Shown: positions 61,921-64,000 of the stretch, piece after piece
Position numbering within the stretch: position 1 is the stretch's first letter
Layout: each line of letters begins with the position of its first letter
Assembly (NCBI GenBank): GCA_043228905.1
Contig: JBHGNT010000005.1
Span: forward strand, 10,974,001-11,038,000
Source of the DNA: Azolla caroliniana
Lineage: Eukaryota > Plantae > Polypodiophyta
Length of the DNA: 64,000 nt
Direction of reading: 5' to 3'
Notes under the pieces: model-generated
Told to the model about the DNA's origin: nothing
Seen by the model: the letters and a program-made list of their open reading frames with translations, nothing else
Databases searched by the model: none
Made by a program: the position numbers and the translations under genes

Positions 61921-64000
61921 ACCCTTACTCTGTGTATTCCTCACTATTGCACTTTCGGATAATCGATAGTGTAGTATGTGTCTGTCTACGTAACGCTTCT
62001 ACACGTATTCTTTTACATGGTATCAGAGCGCGACGGTTAGAAGAACCCTCTACTGGTGACAAAGCGAACCAACATAGAGATGAAGAGTTTCCTTCTGAAC
62101 AACAAGAATATGGACAGAGAAGCTCGGTAGGAGCAACTACGCATCTTGGTCATACAAGATGCACCAATACCTGCTAGAACATGGGCACTAGAGTTATGTT
62201 GAAGGAGCAAATGATGCAACACCGGATACAATAGATAGGGACTTCCCGACTTGAGAGACGAAAGTACTGCTCCGCGTCCAGTGTTGGAGATCAGTTGCTT
62301 AACTACATTTGGGCAAATCTGAAGAACATTTTCGCTGAAATTACGACAACCAAGAAGATACAACTCAGGTAGGAGCTGAGCAAAGTCCGACAGAGAGATA
62401 TGTCGGTGGCCAACTATGCCTCCAAGATAAAGGAGATCTGCGACTCTCTTGCTTCTGTCAATGTAACTATGGAAGAAGATGAGATGGTGTAGGTCTGCCT
62501 CAGAGGCCTGGCGTCTAGGTTCGGATCATTTCAAACAACGGTCTGCACGAGAGAGAACATGTCGTCGTTCTTCGAGCTACAATCAATGTTGCTCATTGAA
62601 GAAAACCACTCGGGTGCGTTGACGAGCACGCAATCGATAGCAAGATGTTGCACATGCCCCGTGGCCGTTGTGGACGAGGTGGGTTGGCACACAATGAAGG
62701 AAATTGACAGGAGCAAAACCATTGGCATAATAGGAATGCCGATCGTAGTTCTAGACCCTCCACGAGGAGGGGGAGTCAAGGCGGTGCCGGAAACTGGTGA
62801 GGAAAGGTCGCGACAGACTGCTGGTACTGTGGCCGGAAGGGCCACAAAGAGAGTGAGTGCTGGAAGAAGTGTGGTGATTCGAACTGAACTAGATCGAGGC
62901 GAGGGGATGTAGATAGGTGTCAAAGATTGCATTACGTTGAAGGCTTAGGGCGAGCTGGAACGAACCCTGCCGTCGTCATGAAGCACAAAGCCAACTCAAT
63001 GGCGGCGAGCACCTCGAAGTTGAACGAGGTGTGGTACGTGGATTCCGGAGCATCGAACCATATGACGAATCACAAGGAGTGGTTCTCGATGCTAGAGAAG
63101 CCGGAAATGCCGAGGGTCGTCAAACTAGCAAGCCGGAACACCCCTCATCCCACTGAATATATCGGAGATGTCCCTTTGAGCAATGTTGCTCAGAGAGGAA
63201 TCATGAGAAATGTCTTGCATGTGCCGAAAATCACCAAGAACTTGGTGTCGGTCGGACAAATTGTCGATCCGGGCATGCAAGTTCGATTTACTCACCTCGA
63301 CTGCTTCATAGAGGAAGGAGGCCGGGTTATTGGGCAAGGGCGTCGAGAAGGGAGGATGTTTATTGTGGAGACGAATGCCGTCAACGTCACTATATTCGCC
63401 AAAGGGCAGAAGGTTGAATAGGACATTGACCTACGGCACAAGTGGTTCGGGGTCGGTCACGTCAACTTCCCGCAACTTCAAGAAATGTAGACAAAGAACA
63501 TCGTTTCCGGTTTGCTGAAGTTTAGTGGTCAGAACGGTCAAGTTTGCAAAGCTTGTCAACTCGGGAAGTAGCATTGACTTCCATTCCCCAAGGAGCATAA
63601 TCAAAGCCGTAACAAGCTTGATTTAATCCATTCAGATGTGTGGGGATTGACATAGAATGTGAGTATCAGTGGGAGTCATTACTTCATAACCTTCACCAAG
63701 GACTACATTCAACACACTTGGGCATGCTTGATCGAGAAGAAAAGCTAAGTCTTCTCCTATTTTCTCAAGGTGAAGAGCCTTGTTGAATGGGAGACCGGAA
63801 GGAAGATCAAGTGACTCAGGACCGATGGTGGAAAGGAGGTGGGAATCCGATGTGAGTTCTCTTGCAAATACACACCGGAGTAAAACGGTGTGGCCGAGCA
63901 AAAGAATCGAATGATAGAGGAAGCGGCACGGGCAATGCTTAAGGAGAAGAAAATTCCCAAGTTCTAGTGGGCCGATGTAGTTAGAACAACCGTATACCTA
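61523..64000 (+). mobile_element. 5' part of a degenerate Ty1/copia (LTR 61523-62017, PBS 62018-62029), running off the window
   Basis: TG...CA LTR followed by TGGTATCAGAGC; knuckle CWYCGRKGHKESEC; protease WYVDSGASNHMT; integrase LIHSDVWG, TDGGKE, NGVAE; many stops. Confidence 0.92.

Overview
Eukaryotic, land-plant nuclear DNA (a fern or other non-seed plant is suggested by the retroelement lineages; this is inference). There is one host gene: an 8-exon ferroportin (FPN/IREG, SLC40 family) on the + strand, 16575-20416, about 621 aa, with a long acidic/His/Ser-rich N-terminus. Most of the rest is nested transposable elements: Ty1/copia and Ty3/gypsy LTR retrotransposons, solo LTRs, RTE/RTEX-like LINE fragments, MITE-like elements and microsatellites. 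An old Copia (~28620-55450) has been stretched to about 27 kb by serial insertions. A very young Tnt1/Tork-like Copia (55999-61426) is intact except for one in-frame stop. Most notable oddities: (1) tRNA-like A/B-box cassettes built into Gypsy LTRs, plus a short repeat made of two convergent tRNA-like heads; (2) TGTC-ended LTRs that all sit in CpG-centred 4-bp targets; (3) a palindromic repeat-spacer array in a chromovirus leader; (4) an apparent gag swap between two sister Copias; (5) a small non-autonomous LTR element with a tRNA-Ala primer site. All alignments were done by eye; no database searches were run.
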